NCBI GenBank assembly: GCA_039028435.1
Contig: JBCCIC010000008.1
Span: 110,865-174,864 of the forward strand
Length of the DNA: 64,000 nucleotides
Origin: Actinomycetota bacterium
Lineage (GTDB): Bacteria > Actinomycetota > Acidimicrobiia > Acidimicrobiales > UBA10347
Direction of reading: 5' to 3'
Below are positions 26,352 through 35,887 of this stretch, piece by piece (the stretch's first letter is position 1; each line of letters starts with the position of its first letter). The notes below the pieces were generated by a model, which saw nothing but the letters and a program-made list of their open reading frames with translations, did no database searches and was not told the DNA's origin. The position numbers and the translations under genes were made by a program.

Positions 26352-27722
26352 TCAGTCTTCAGGCCACGCGCCCACGAAGTCGCGAACCCGCTCCTGCAGG
26401 TGCCGTGCCCGCACCTCCTGGTAGTTGCCGAGGGTCTGACCCCGCTTGCGCGAGGAGCGGAAGCCGCGGGTCTGCGCCGCCATGTTCGCGGTGTCCTGGT
26501 CGTACACCCGCCCCAGTCCGCCGAGGCCTTCGGCGATCGTGTAACTGTCGTCGACGTCGAGCTCGATGACCGGCGGTGGCGGTGGCACGCGGCCTTCGGC
26601 CGGGCGAGGCCGCATCATCAGCAGGTCGAAGTAGCTGTGGTCGACCGAGTCGGGGTCGGGGCGGAAGCGGTACACCATCGGTAGCTGCAGCCCCGGGAAG
26701 AAGAAGGCGTTCGGGAACAGGAAGTACTCGATCGAGTCGAGGGTCATCGATTCGCTGAGGTGGGTGAAGTCGTGCCCGAACTGCTCGCCCATCTGTTCCT
26801 GGATCATGCGGGCGTAGATATCCCGAGCTCGTGCGCCGTCGGGCAGCTCCACCTCTTGGCCGGCAGCTCGCCGCGAGATCTGCCGGGCCAGCAACTCCTG
26901 CTCGGTGCGTTGGGGATCGCGCAACGGGCTGTTCAGCACGGTGCTGTGGATGAACCGCGAGACGTTCGGTTCGAACACGTCGTAGGCGGTGGTGACCTCG
27001 TCGCCGAGTTGGCCGGTCGCATGGGTCTCGCGCACGTGGTACGCCTCGAGAAACGCCTCGGCTGCGGCTTTCCAGTTGCAGGGCAGGCGCTTGCGCACGT
27101 GGGTGTCGATGTGCCGGTCGGCCAGGCCCCAGTCGTCCCAGTGGCGATCCATCACGCCGAGCCAGTCGCCGAGCGGCTCGGCGTCGGGATCGAAGTTGAC
27201 GAACACGAAGCCCTGCCAGACCTCGATCGAGAGTTCGGCGAGTCGGTGCGAATCCTCGGTCACGTGCGGGAAGTCCCAGCTCTGGGGCAGCTCGACGAAC
27301 GTGCCTTGCAGGTCCCACTCCCATCCGTGGAACGGGCAGCGGAGGGTCTTCGAGAATCCACACGACCCGGGCGGCTTGAGCTGGGTGCCGCGGTGCATGC
27401 AGGCGTTGTAATACGCCCGCAGTTCGTCGTCGTCGCCCCGAACGATCAGCGCCGAGTGCGGACCGACGTCGTAGACGTAGTAGTCGCCGGACTCGGGTAC
27501 GTGGTCGACATGACATGCCCATTGCCAGCTGTTCGCCCAGACGGTGTCAAACTCGTCCGCGGCGTAGGCATCGCTGGTGTAGACGGCGTAGGGGATGTCC
27601 TCGTCGCCGCGCCAGCGGTACGACTCCTCGAGGAGTGCGTCGGGCGGCGGGGTTGGATCATCGCGCAACTGGTCGTAGAGCGACGGCCCGATCTCGCGGG
27701 CCTCGCCGGGGCGGAGCTCCAT
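26352..27722 (-). CDS. Rieske aromatic ring-hydroxylating oxygenase alpha subunit
   Basis: CMHRG...CPFHGW Rieske motif and NWK...EAYH...TH...QD mononuclear Fe site. Confidence 0.92.
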   Translation of the reverse strand: MELRPGEAREIGPSLYDQLRDDPTPPPDALLEESYRWRGDEDIPYAVYTSDAYAADEFDTVWANSWQWACHVDHVPESGDYYVYDVGPHSALIVRGDDDELRAYYNACMHRGTQLKPPGSCGFSKTLRCPFHGWEWDLQGTFVELPQSWDFPHVTEDSHRLAELSIEVWQGFVFVNFDPDAEPLGDWLGVMDRHWDDWGLADRHIDTHVRKRLPCNWKAAAEAFLEAYHVRETHATGQLGDEVTTAYDVFEPNVSRFIHSTVLNSPLRDPQRTEQELLARQISRRAAGQEVELPDGARARDIYARMIQEQMGEQFGHDFTHLSESMTLDSIEYFLFPNAFFFPGLQLPMVYRFRPDPDSVDHSYFDLLMMRPRPAEGRVPPPPPVIELDVDDSYTIAEGLGGLGRVYDQDTANMAAQTRGFRSSRKRGQTLGNYQEVRARHLQERVRDFVGAWPED

Positions 27723-27756
27723 GGAAGCACGCTAGTGCGGCGCGGTACCGTCGATC

Positions 27757-28260
27757 ATGCCCGTACCGCTGACCCCGGACCAGCTCGCTGCCGTCGAGGC
27801 GTGCCGCGACGCCGCCCGACGCTACTGCCGCGGTGTCGATCGGCTCGATCCCGACGAGATGCGGTCGGCCTACTGGCCTGACGCCACCGACGACCACGGC
27901 AACTTCGTGGGCAACGCCCACGAGTTCGTCGACCACTGCATGACCGCCCACCTGAAGTGGTCGTGGACGATGCACACGATCTTCAACCACACGGTCGAAC
28001 TCGACGACGGCACGATGGCTCGCGGCGAGGCGTACAACGTCAGCTGGCTCCAGCGGCCGACGGGCGAGCTCGACATGTGGTTCGGCCGCTACCTCGATCG
28101 CTACGAGCGGCGAGGCGACGAGTGGCGCATCATCGAACGGGTCTGTGTCCACGAAGGCGACCGCACGCTGCCGCCGGGCGACGCGATGCCGATCATCGCC
28201 GACACGTTCCGTCAAGGCGACGCGGATCGGTCCACCCCGGGGCGACCGCTGGGTTCTTGA
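27757..28260 (+). CDS. SnoaL/NTF2-like protein
   Basis: YCRGVDR, YWPDA.DDHG and GRYLDRYERR..EWRI patterns. Confidence 0.88.
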   Translation: MPVPLTPDQLAAVEACRDAARRYCRGVDRLDPDEMRSAYWPDATDDHGNFVGNAHEFVDHCMTAHLKWSWTMHTIFNHTVELDDGTMARGEAYNVSWLQRPTGELDMWFGRYLDRYERRGDEWRIIERVCVHEGDRTLPPGDAMPIIADTFRQGDADRSTPGRPLGS

Positions 28261-28307
28261 CCCCGAGCCGAACCGTCGCGGCAGCTGGCATCACCCGCGG
28301 GCGAAGG

Positions 28308-28805
28308 TCAGCCTCGTTCGTTACCCAGCGTGCCCCCGGCAAACCACGCGTCGAACCGTGGCTCGATCGCCGACCACACCAGCTCGACGAGCGGACCGCT
28401 CGGTGGCACCACATAGGTCCACGCGCCGTATCCGTCTTCGGGCGGGGCACCAGCCATCGCCACGCTCCAACCAGCGTCGACGGCTGCTTCGGTCGAAGCG
28501 GTCACGTCGTCGCACCACAGCCCCACGTGATGCACACCCGGACTGTCGCCCGCGAACCAGGGGGTTCCCTCGACACCCTGCAGCAGCTCGATGTGTTGAG
28601 GTCCCTCGCACGAATAGACGAAGGTGAGTGGCACCTGGCGTAGGCCGTCCTCGGGGGTCCAGATCTGCTGGGCCGGATTGTGCTGGACCGTCGCCCAAGT
28701 CACCCCGAGCGTCTCGCCCATCTCCTCCATCGCCGCGTCGAGATCATGCACGCGGATCCCCGTGTGATAGATCTGCTGCCAATCGATTCCGCTTGCTGCG
28801 CTCAC
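28308..28805 (-). CDS. VOC/glyoxalase family protein
   Basis: YHTGIRV.DLD, HIELLQ and GVHHVGLW motifs. GTG start at 28805 inferred. Confidence 0.85.
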   Translation of the reverse strand: MSAASGIDWQQIYHTGIRVHDLDAAMEEMGETLGVTWATVQHNPAQQIWTPEDGLRQVPLTFVYSCEGPQHIELLQGVEGTPWFAGDSPGVHHVGLWCDDVTASTEAAVDAGWSVAMAGAPPEDGYGAWTYVVPPSGPLVELVWSAIEPRFDAWFAGGTLGNERG

Positions 28806-28818
28806 GGCGTCGGTTGCG

Positions 28819-29952
28819 CTAGCGGGACAGGATCGTGACGCCGGAAATGCCGGGTGCGCCGTACACGTGGGTGTACGCCGTCTTCGGGTTGTTCGGCACC
28901 TGGCGTTCGCCGGCGCGGCCCTGGAGCTGGAGCACGTTCTCGTAGACCTGACGCAGGCCCGAAGCGCCGACCGGCTCACCGTTGGCGAGGCAGCCTCCAT
29001 CGGTATTCACCGGGAAGCGCCCACCGATCTCGGTCTCGCCGTGGGCCAGCATGCGTTCCTGTTCGCCGTGGTCGCAGAAGCCGTTCTCGGCCATGTGCAT
29101 GATCTCGGCACCGGACTCGGTGTCCTGGAGTTGGGCGAGGTCCATGTCGTTGGGACCCATGCCGGCCATCTCGAAGCCGGCCTTGGCCGCGTCGATCGTG
29201 GGGCCGTCCCCGTGCTCGGGGGCGAGGTGTGGGGCCATGACCTCGAACGAGCCGAAGCGCCGGGACCGGACGACGGCCGACCGCAAGTAGATCGGGTTTG
29301 ACGTGTACTGCTTTGCCTTGTCGGCGCGGCACATGATGATCGCCACTCCGCCCTCGGCCGGCGAACAGAAGTGGTATTGACGCAACGGGTACGACAGCAT
29401 CCGGGACTCCTGGACCTCGGCCATGCTCATCGGCTTGCGGCGCCAGGCCATCGGATTCTTCGAGCCGTTCTTGAACGCCTTGACCGAGACCCGGTCGAGG
29501 GTCTCGGTCTCGATGCCGTACTGCTCCATGTAGCGGTTGATCTTCATGCCGAAGAACTGGGTGGTGAGCGCCATGCCGCTCTTGCCGTACCAGGTGTCTT
29601 CCTTGACCCGGAACGCACCCCGCTCGTGCTTGTCGAAGCCGATGGCGATGCCGAGGTCGAACATCCCCGACTTGATCGAGTTGTACGCCGAGAACAGTGC
29701 CGAACCACCGGTCGCGCAGCCGTTCGACACATTGATGAACTGCAGGCCGGTCAGGCCGAGCTTGGAGACCATGTGGTCGGCGTTGCCGGCGGCCGAGGAG
29801 CCACCGAACGCGAACTGCATGTCGCTCCATTCCACGCCCGCGTCCTTGAGCGCGGCGCGCACGGCCACCACTCCTTGGTCCATGCCGGACAGCTCCGAGC
29901 GTCCGAACGGGTGCATGCCGATGCCGATGATGGCGACGTCGTCACTGCTCAT
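28819..29952 (-). CDS. Thiolase-family protein (SCP-x/non-canonical type)
   Basis: IGIGMHPFGR, NGCATGG and VNTDGG.LANGEP.GASG motifs. Confidence 0.9.
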   Translation of the reverse strand: MSSDDVAIIGIGMHPFGRSELSGMDQGVVAVRAALKDAGVEWSDMQFAFGGSSAAGNADHMVSKLGLTGLQFINVSNGCATGGSALFSAYNSIKSGMFDLGIAIGFDKHERGAFRVKEDTWYGKSGMALTTQFFGMKINRYMEQYGIETETLDRVSVKAFKNGSKNPMAWRRKPMSMAEVQESRMLSYPLRQYHFCSPAEGGVAIIMCRADKAKQYTSNPIYLRSAVVRSRRFGSFEVMAPHLAPEHGDGPTIDAAKAGFEMAGMGPNDMDLAQLQDTESGAEIMHMAENGFCDHGEQERMLAHGETEIGGRFPVNTDGGCLANGEPVGASGLRQVYENVLQLQGRAGERQVPNNPKTAYTHVYGAPGISGVTILSR

Positions 29953-29986
29953 GGTTCCTCCTGGGGGATTCGTTCAACCGTAGTGG

Positions 29987-30415
29987 TCAGTCCTGGACCG
30001 GGGCGAAGGCGAAGGTGATGACCTCGTCGCCGTCGTCGTTCACGTAGAGCGGCACGAGGACGAGCTCCATCTCCATGCCGATCGAGAGCTTGGCCGGATC
30101 GTTCTCGGTCAGACGGCTCTCGACCTTGCACTCGCCCGCGAGTTCGACATAGCCGACACCGAACGGCTCGAACGTCTTGGGATCGTCGTTGCCGGCGTAA
30201 GGCGGCGACTTGGGCGGGTAGCCCTGGATCGTCCAGGTCCACAGCGTGCCGGTCCGGGAGAGTTCGAACTCTTCGGTCCGGCTGCCCGAGCACTTGGGGC
30301 AGCCGTTCTGGGTCGGGAACATGACGTTGCCACAGTCGGCGCACTTGCTGCCGATCAGTCGGGGCTCGTCGCTCGGCCAGGTGAAGACACCTTCCTCGAC
30401 GGGTACCTGCGCCAT
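29987..30415 (-). CDS. Zn-ribbon/OB-fold (DUF35) protein
   Basis: C..CG...FP....CP.C, G.LWTWT and PF.VGYVEL motifs. Directly upstream of the thiolase. Confidence 0.9.
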   Translation of the reverse strand: MAQVPVEEGVFTWPSDEPRLIGSKCADCGNVMFPTQNGCPKCSGSRTEEFELSRTGTLWTWTIQGYPPKSPPYAGNDDPKTFEPFGVGYVELAGECKVESRLTENDPAKLSIGMEMELVLVPLYVNDDGDEVITFAFAPVQD

Positions 30416-30485
30416 GAATTTTCCCTCTCTCGTCTCTCGTCTCTCGTGCTCGTGTGTCGCCGCGGCGCGTGTTTCGCGTGCGTGA

Positions 30486-32048
30486 TCAGAAGCCGGTCAC
30501 GTCGACCGGCACCTCGCCCAGCTCGAGTTGCTTGAAGTAGTGATCGTAGAAATGGCGGAGCTTCGTCTCGTTCTCCGATGCGAAGACGACCTCGCCTCGA
30601 CCCTGGGTCTTGAGGCCTTTCTGGACCTGCGGCAGATTCAGCGAGTCCTGTTGGAAGATCTTCACCGTCGGACCGAGCTCGGCGGCGAGTGTCCAGTCGT
30701 CGTCGACCCCGAGTCGGGTGATCTTGGGCAGCGGTGGCCGCTTGTCGGGATCGGGTGCGGGTACGAAGTACATGACCTCGAAGATGCACTCGTCAGGATT
30801 GTCGCCGTGCGGGCGGAACCGGTACATGATCGTGTTGAAGGCGCCCCACGGTGACCAGTTCGGGAACACCGAGTAGTACATCGAGTCGATCATCTCGCAG
30901 TCGCTGAACGCCTCGACATCGAGGGTTTCGCCGAACTGCTTGCGCACCTGCTCGCGGCGAGCTGCCGCAGCCCACGCCCGGGGATCTGCGCCCTCGGGTG
31001 CGTTGGCGTCGAGGCCGGCCTGTTCCATGCCGTCGAGCAGCGGACCACCGACCCACAGGCAGAGATGATTGTCGGCCTGCTTCATCTCGCCGTCGATCCA
31101 GCGGCCGTCCTTGTCGAAGATCCCGGTGCGGCCGGTGCGATCGGTGACCTGCACCCGGTTCTCCTCGAGACGCTCGTAAAGGTGCCCGCTGAACGGGTGC
31201 ACGCGCTTGGTGTAGGCGCCGGCATCGTCGGGCTGGTCCCAGACCGGCGAGTCGTACAGGTGCGGGCTCAGGACCTGGCTCGGCGAGATCGCCCGGCTGA
31301 AGTTCTTGTACGCGTCGTAGCGCGTGTTCGAGTCGCCGAGTCGGAGCGCCAGCGTGGGGTGCGTGGCGATCACGTGGTAGCTCTCCATGAAGGCTTCCTG
31401 GCAGGCCTTCCAGTTCACCGGCATGATCTTCTCGACGTGGGCGACCTTGGCCCGGCGCTCGAACGGCAGCAACGCATGATGCTCGTCGAGGCCTTCGAGA
31501 TAGTCGGCGAGCGACTCGGTGTTCGTCTGGTCGGGATTGATGAACACGAAACCGTGCCACGTGTCGACCTGGGCCTCGTCGAGGCAGTAGTCGTCGGGGT
31601 TGACCGCGGGGAAGTCCCACTGCGCCGGGATCTCTCGCAGCGTGCCGTCGAGGTTCCAGTGCCAGCCGTGGAAGTTGCATCGGATCGACTTGGACTCGTG
31701 GCCGTGGTCGTCCTTGAGGCGCCGCCCGCGATGGAGACAGGCGTTGCGGTAGGCCTTGATGCCATCCTCGGTCCGCATGATCAGAAAGCTGAGGTGGGCT
31801 ACGTCGTACACGTGGTGGTCGCCGACGTTGGGGATCTCCTCTTCGAGGCAGACCCACTGCCAGACCCGACTCCACAGCTTCTCGACCTCGAGGTCGTGGT
31901 AGGCCTGGGACGTGTAGACGGCCGTGGGCACCTTGGTGTTGCCCGGAGGCAGTGGTGACGGGTCACGGAGCACGTCTCGCACCGGGTGGGTGTCGGCATC
32001 GAGCATCTCGGCGAAGCTCTGTCCGAAGCGCTCGGTCGTCTCGGTCAC
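30486..32048 (-). CDS. Rieske aromatic ring-hydroxylating oxygenase alpha subunit
   Basis: CLHRG...CNFHGW and NWK...ESYH...TH...QD motifs. Confidence 0.92.
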   Translation of the reverse strand: MTETTERFGQSFAEMLDADTHPVRDVLRDPSPLPPGNTKVPTAVYTSQAYHDLEVEKLWSRVWQWVCLEEEIPNVGDHHVYDVAHLSFLIMRTEDGIKAYRNACLHRGRRLKDDHGHESKSIRCNFHGWHWNLDGTLREIPAQWDFPAVNPDDYCLDEAQVDTWHGFVFINPDQTNTESLADYLEGLDEHHALLPFERRAKVAHVEKIMPVNWKACQEAFMESYHVIATHPTLALRLGDSNTRYDAYKNFSRAISPSQVLSPHLYDSPVWDQPDDAGAYTKRVHPFSGHLYERLEENRVQVTDRTGRTGIFDKDGRWIDGEMKQADNHLCLWVGGPLLDGMEQAGLDANAPEGADPRAWAAAARREQVRKQFGETLDVEAFSDCEMIDSMYYSVFPNWSPWGAFNTIMYRFRPHGDNPDECIFEVMYFVPAPDPDKRPPLPKITRLGVDDDWTLAAELGPTVKIFQQDSLNLPQVQKGLKTQGRGEVVFASENETKLRHFYDHYFKQLELGEVPVDVTGF

Positions 32049-32104
32049 GGTGTCCCCCTCGTCAACCCGTTCGAGCTTTGTGAATGACCGTTAGGTTAGT
32101 GCCG

Positions 32105-32926
32105 TCAACCCTCACGGTAGTCACCGAACGTCGCATCTCGTTCCGAGAGCGACTCCTTGAGGTCCTTCGAGCGCATGCCCTCTCGATAGGCCAGTGAGCT
32201 CGGCTGGTGGAACGCCAGCGTCTGCAGATCGGTCGTGGCCCGCATGCCGTTTCGGATGCCGGCGGCCTCCATCGCCCGGTGGGCGGCCCGCTTGTTCATG
32301 GCGAGCAGGTCCGGCGGCACCTTGGCGATCCGCTCGGCCATGGCCAGGACGGCGGTATCGAGTTGGTCGGCGGGATGCGCGCGGTTGGCGAAGCCGGACT
32401 CGACCGCCTCGATGCCGGTCATCGCGTCGCCGGTCAGCAGTGCCTCCATGCCGCGTCGCAGGCCCATTATCCAGGTCTGCCATTGCATGTCCGGTGGCGA
32501 CATGAGACGCACCGGGGGATAGCCGATCTGGGCGTCCTCGGCCACGTAGACCAGGTCGCAGGCCGTGGCGAGCTCGGTGCCGCCGGCCAGGCACCAGCCG
32601 TGCACCTGGCCGATGATCGGGGTCGACATGTCCCACATCTCGAACCAGTTGTTGAGCACGTGGCGAGGCCACCAGCCGTCGGTCTTGGCGATCGGGCGTT
32701 CGACGTCGCTGTTCGGCTGGCCGAGGTCGTAGCCGGCCGAGAAGCACGTGCCACCACCTCGGATGATCACCACCGAGATCCCGCGGTCTTTGTCGGCGGC
32801 TCGCAGCGCGTCGAACAGCGCTCCACGGAGGGCGTCGTTGAGTGCGTTTCGCTTCTCCGGTCGGTTGAGGGTCAGTCGCCGGACCCGGTCCAACGGTTCG
32901 TCGATCAGCAGGACGTCGTCGCTCAT
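32105..32926 (-). CDS. Enoyl-CoA hydratase/isomerase family protein
   Basis: TLNRPEKRNAL, FSAGYDL and G.CLAGG.ELA motifs. ATG at 32926. Confidence 0.92.
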   Translation of the reverse strand: MSDDVLLIDEPLDRVRRLTLNRPEKRNALNDALRGALFDALRAADKDRGISVVIIRGGGTCFSAGYDLGQPNSDVERPIAKTDGWWPRHVLNNWFEMWDMSTPIIGQVHGWCLAGGTELATACDLVYVAEDAQIGYPPVRLMSPPDMQWQTWIMGLRRGMEALLTGDAMTGIEAVESGFANRAHPADQLDTAVLAMAERIAKVPPDLLAMNKRAAHRAMEAAGIRNGMRATTDLQTLAFHQPSSLAYREGMRSKDLKESLSERDATFGDYREG

Positions 32927-32954
32927 GCGTCGACCGTACCGACCGGCGCCAAGC

Positions 32955-32993
32955 AGGTGTAACGAACGGTGCCTGGCACCAATCGTTACACCT
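32955..32993. repeat. REP-like palindrome with GGTGCC-W-GGCACC core
   Basis: AGGTGTAACGA-ac-GGTGCC-T-GGCACC-aa-TCGTTACACCT. Shares GGCACCAATCGTTACA with 12607-12622. Confidence 0.8.
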
Positions 32994-33828
32994 CGAAGCG
33001 CGTGCGGGGCCCGTCGGAGACGATGTGCCCGGCGGTCGGGGGTGCGAAGTGGGTGCCGAGCACGAGCACCGGCTCGTCCGTCCACTCCGCCAGCATCCGA
33101 TGGCGCGTGGCACACGCGGCCGCTGAGTCGTGGTCGAAGTTTGCCGACGACAGGTCGGGCTCGGCGAACTGGAGGGGCGTGTGGGCCATGTCGCCGGTGA
33201 TGACCGCTCGTTCGCCGCGCGACGCGATCAACACCGACACGTGGCCCGGCGTGTGACCCGGTGTTGGCAGCAGCCGAACCTGATCGTCGATCCGGTGGTC
33301 ATCGGCGACCAGGTCGGCCAACCCGGCGTCGATCAGGGGTTGGACCGACGGCTCGATCACCTCGTGATGGTCATCGATGCGAGTGTGCTCGACCTCGCGC
33401 TCGCTGAACAGGTAGCGGGCGTTCGGGAACGTTGGCACCTGCTCGCCGTCGACCGACCGGAGGTTCCATCCGACGTGGTCGAAGTGCAGATGCGTGCACA
33501 AGACGACGTCGACGCCGGCGAGCCCGCCATCGATGGCCTCGGCCAGTCGATCGGGGAACTCGGGATCTGACGGCAGCGACCGGTTGCCCTCGCCGACACA
33601 CGTATCCACGACGATCGTCGTGTCGCCGCTCTGCACGACGAAGGCATGGATCGACAGGGCCATCTTGTTGTTGCGGTCGCTGAAGAAGTTCGGCCGCAAC
33701 CAGTCCTCGTGCGGCTCGAGCACGTCGGGGTGGAAATCGGGCATCAGGACGTGCCCGTCGAGCCAGGCCATGGCTTCTTCCACACGGGTGATGGTGACGT
33801 CACCGACCCGCCACGTGAGGTTGCCCAT
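32986..33828 (-). CDS. MBL-fold metallo-hydrolase
   Basis: THLHFDHVG, TPGHTPGH, GD..H and GTHF motifs. Confidence 0.9.
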   Translation of the reverse strand: MGNLTWRVGDVTITRVEEAMAWLDGHVLMPDFHPDVLEPHEDWLRPNFFSDRNNKMALSIHAFVVQSGDTTIVVDTCVGEGNRSLPSDPEFPDRLAEAIDGGLAGVDVVLCTHLHFDHVGWNLRSVDGEQVPTFPNARYLFSEREVEHTRIDDHHEVIEPSVQPLIDAGLADLVADDHRIDDQVRLLPTPGHTPGHVSVLIASRGERAVITGDMAHTPLQFAEPDLSSANFDHDSAAACATRHRMLAEWTDEPVLVLGTHFAPPTAGHIVSDGPRTRFEV

Positions 33829-33836
33829 GTGCGGAC

Positions 33837-34304
33837 TCAGCCCTTGGCGACGATGCGGAACATCGGGATCTCCCGATCGACCCCCGCCTGGTAGTCGGCA
33901 AAACGGGGCATCGCCGTGGTCATCGATTCGTACAGCGCCGGGCGATCCGCATCGCTGGCCAGCACTGCGGTGGCTTCCATCGACTCGGTCCCGACCTCGA
34001 TCGTGATGTCGGGATTCGCGACGAGGTTGTAGTACCAGGCCGGGTGGGTCGGCGATCCGCCGGCCGACGCCATGATCACGTAGTCGCCTTCGTAGGGGTG
34101 ATACGTGAGCGGCGAGATACGTTCGACGCCGCTCTTGGCGCCGACGTTGTGCACGAGAATCATGTCGTTGCCCTCGAACATGCCGCCGCAGGTACCGCCG
34201 TTCGCTCGGAACTCGTCGACGATGCTCTGGTTGAAGCCGTCGAGCTGGCTCTTGGTCATGCCGCCCATGGCCGTCGGGGTGTCGTCGGTCGATTCGTCAC
34301 TCAT
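33837..34304 (-). CDS. Deazaflavin (F420)-dependent nitroreductase family protein
   Basis: EFRANGG, GAKSG..R..PL, P.WY.NL.ANP and YQ....REIP motifs. Confidence 0.9.
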   Translation of the reverse strand: MSDESTDDTPTAMGGMTKSQLDGFNQSIVDEFRANGGTCGGMFEGNDMILVHNVGAKSGVERISPLTYHPYEGDYVIMASAGGSPTHPAWYYNLVANPDITIEVGTESMEATAVLASDADRPALYESMTTAMPRFADYQAGVDREIPMFRIVAKG

Positions 34305-34312
34305 GGTGCTCC

Positions 34313-35068
34313 TCAGGTCAAGCCGTCGCTCGGAAGCGACCGGAACTGGTCTTCGTCGTGGCCGTACAACAGCCGGCATCCGTGATCATCGCGCAGCTCG
34401 CGAAGCAACTGCATGGACTCGCGTTGTTGGGCTTGGGCTCGTTCGCTGCCCATCGCGGGGACCGAGTCGGCGTCGAGCAGGGCCTCGGTATAGACACAGT
34501 CGCCGGTGAGGACGATCGGGCCAGAGTCGAGTTCGACCCGCAACGACTGGTGGCCTTTGGTGTGGCCAGGTGTCGGCACGCACGTGATGCGTCCGTCGCC
34601 GAAGAGGTCATGGGCGCCGTCGAGGAGTTCGAGATCGTGGCCGTGGTCGTAGTCGGCGGGGTTGTAGACCTCGTTGTCGATCAGCCGCTGATCCTGGCCT
34701 GCCTCCCACTCGGCGCGCTGCACGACGAGCCGGGCGTCGGGGATCTCCTCGGTGCCGCCGGAGTGATCGAAGTGGAGATGGCTGAGCACCATGTGGGTGA
34801 TGTCGCTGGGGCGAATCGATCGGGCAGCGAGCCGGGCACTGACCTCTTCGCCCTCGGGGAACTCCGGGGTGAACACCTTGGCCGTGCGCTCGCCGATGCG
34901 CTCGAACGAGGTCTGCAGATCCATGTGCATGCCGGTGTCGAAGAGGACCAGGCCGTCCGGGTGCTCGATCAGCCAGGACGGCACCGGAAAGGTCATCGTG
35001 CCATCGCCGCCATCGATGATCCGGCGCTGCGAGATCACTCGGCCGATTTCGAGCGGTATGAGACGCAC
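34313..35068 (-). CDS. N-acyl-homoserine-lactonase-like MBL hydrolase
   Basis: LFDTG, SHLHFDH.GG, TPGHT.GHQS, TGD..Y and GHD motifs. Confidence 0.82.
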   Translation of the reverse strand: MRLIPLEIGRVISQRRIIDGGDGTMTFPVPSWLIEHPDGLVLFDTGMHMDLQTSFERIGERTAKVFTPEFPEGEEVSARLAARSIRPSDITHMVLSHLHFDHSGGTEEIPDARLVVQRAEWEAGQDQRLIDNEVYNPADYDHGHDLELLDGAHDLFGDGRITCVPTPGHTKGHQSLRVELDSGPIVLTGDCVYTEALLDADSVPAMGSERAQAQQRESMQLLRELRDDHGCRLLYGHDEDQFRSLPSDGLT

Positions 35069-35179
35069 GGGCTTCTCCTCGCTGCTGCGGTCCCCCAGGC
35101 GAGCCTACGGGTCGTCAGTGCAGCGGAAGAAGCCCGTGCGTGCGACGTCGGCAGACCCCAGAGGGTTCCGCCGGCGGGA

Positions 35180-35785
35180 TCAGCCAAGGGGCGCGCTGAC
35201 CCGACCGTCGATCGACTGGAAGTCATCGGCGTAGACGATGTCGAAGCAGAGCTCGGAGTCTCCGGCCGCCACGATGGTCACGGTGCCGGCACCGTTGGTC
35301 GTCGTGGCCTCGGCATTGCCGCTGTTGTCGATGATCGGGCCCGGGCTCGCATCGAATGTTGCACCCGGAGTCAGATCGGCACCATTGCCGAAGACGAACA
35401 TCGTGACCACGACGCCGCCGGGCTCAGCCGTGACCGTGCCGCCACCGATCGGGCCGCTTCCGATGTAGGTCGTGTAGCTGGACGGCCCGATCGAGACCGC
35501 CTTGGCAGCGGTGAAGGCGCTGGAGTCCCAGGACCCTTCCGGGTGCCCGGAGCTCTCGTCGGCGCTTCGACTGACCGTTCCGCTGAACGGCTCACTCGGG
35601 CAATCGCCAGTCGCAGCTCTGTCCGTGGCGGAGTCAGCGTCGTTCGACGGCTCGCTCTCGACGAGGCCTCCCTGCGAGAGATCGATCGCCGGTGGGCCGT
35701 CGCCGCTCGAGCCACACGAGGCCAGCAGGGCCGCGAACGCGAACAAGGACAGGGTGAGTACAAGAGTCCGCCACATGCTGTTCAT
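35180..35785 (-). CDS. Hypothetical lipoprotein
   Basis: Signal MNSMWRTLVLTLSLFAFAALLAS-C. Two further Cys residues. Confidence 0.7.
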   Translation of the reverse strand: MNSMWRTLVLTLSLFAFAALLASCGSSGDGPPAIDLSQGGLVESEPSNDADSATDRAATGDCPSEPFSGTVSRSADESSGHPEGSWDSSAFTAAKAVSIGPSSYTTYIGSGPIGGGTVTAEPGGVVVTMFVFGNGADLTPGATFDASPGPIIDNSGNAEATTTNGAGTVTIVAAGDSELCFDIVYADDFQSIDGRVSAPLG

Positions 35786-35887
35786 GGTGGTCGGGCTCGG
35801 GGGATCCCTCTGTGAACCGGTACGCAGAGCCCGAGTGACGCATGTCATGAGTCCCGCAACATCGGACCAAGCGACAAGACTGGGACC

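Noticed and set aside
34313-35068. Quorum-quenching claim for the AHL-lactonase-like gene
   Set aside because: The motifs define the family only. Substrate cannot be inferred in this catabolic context.
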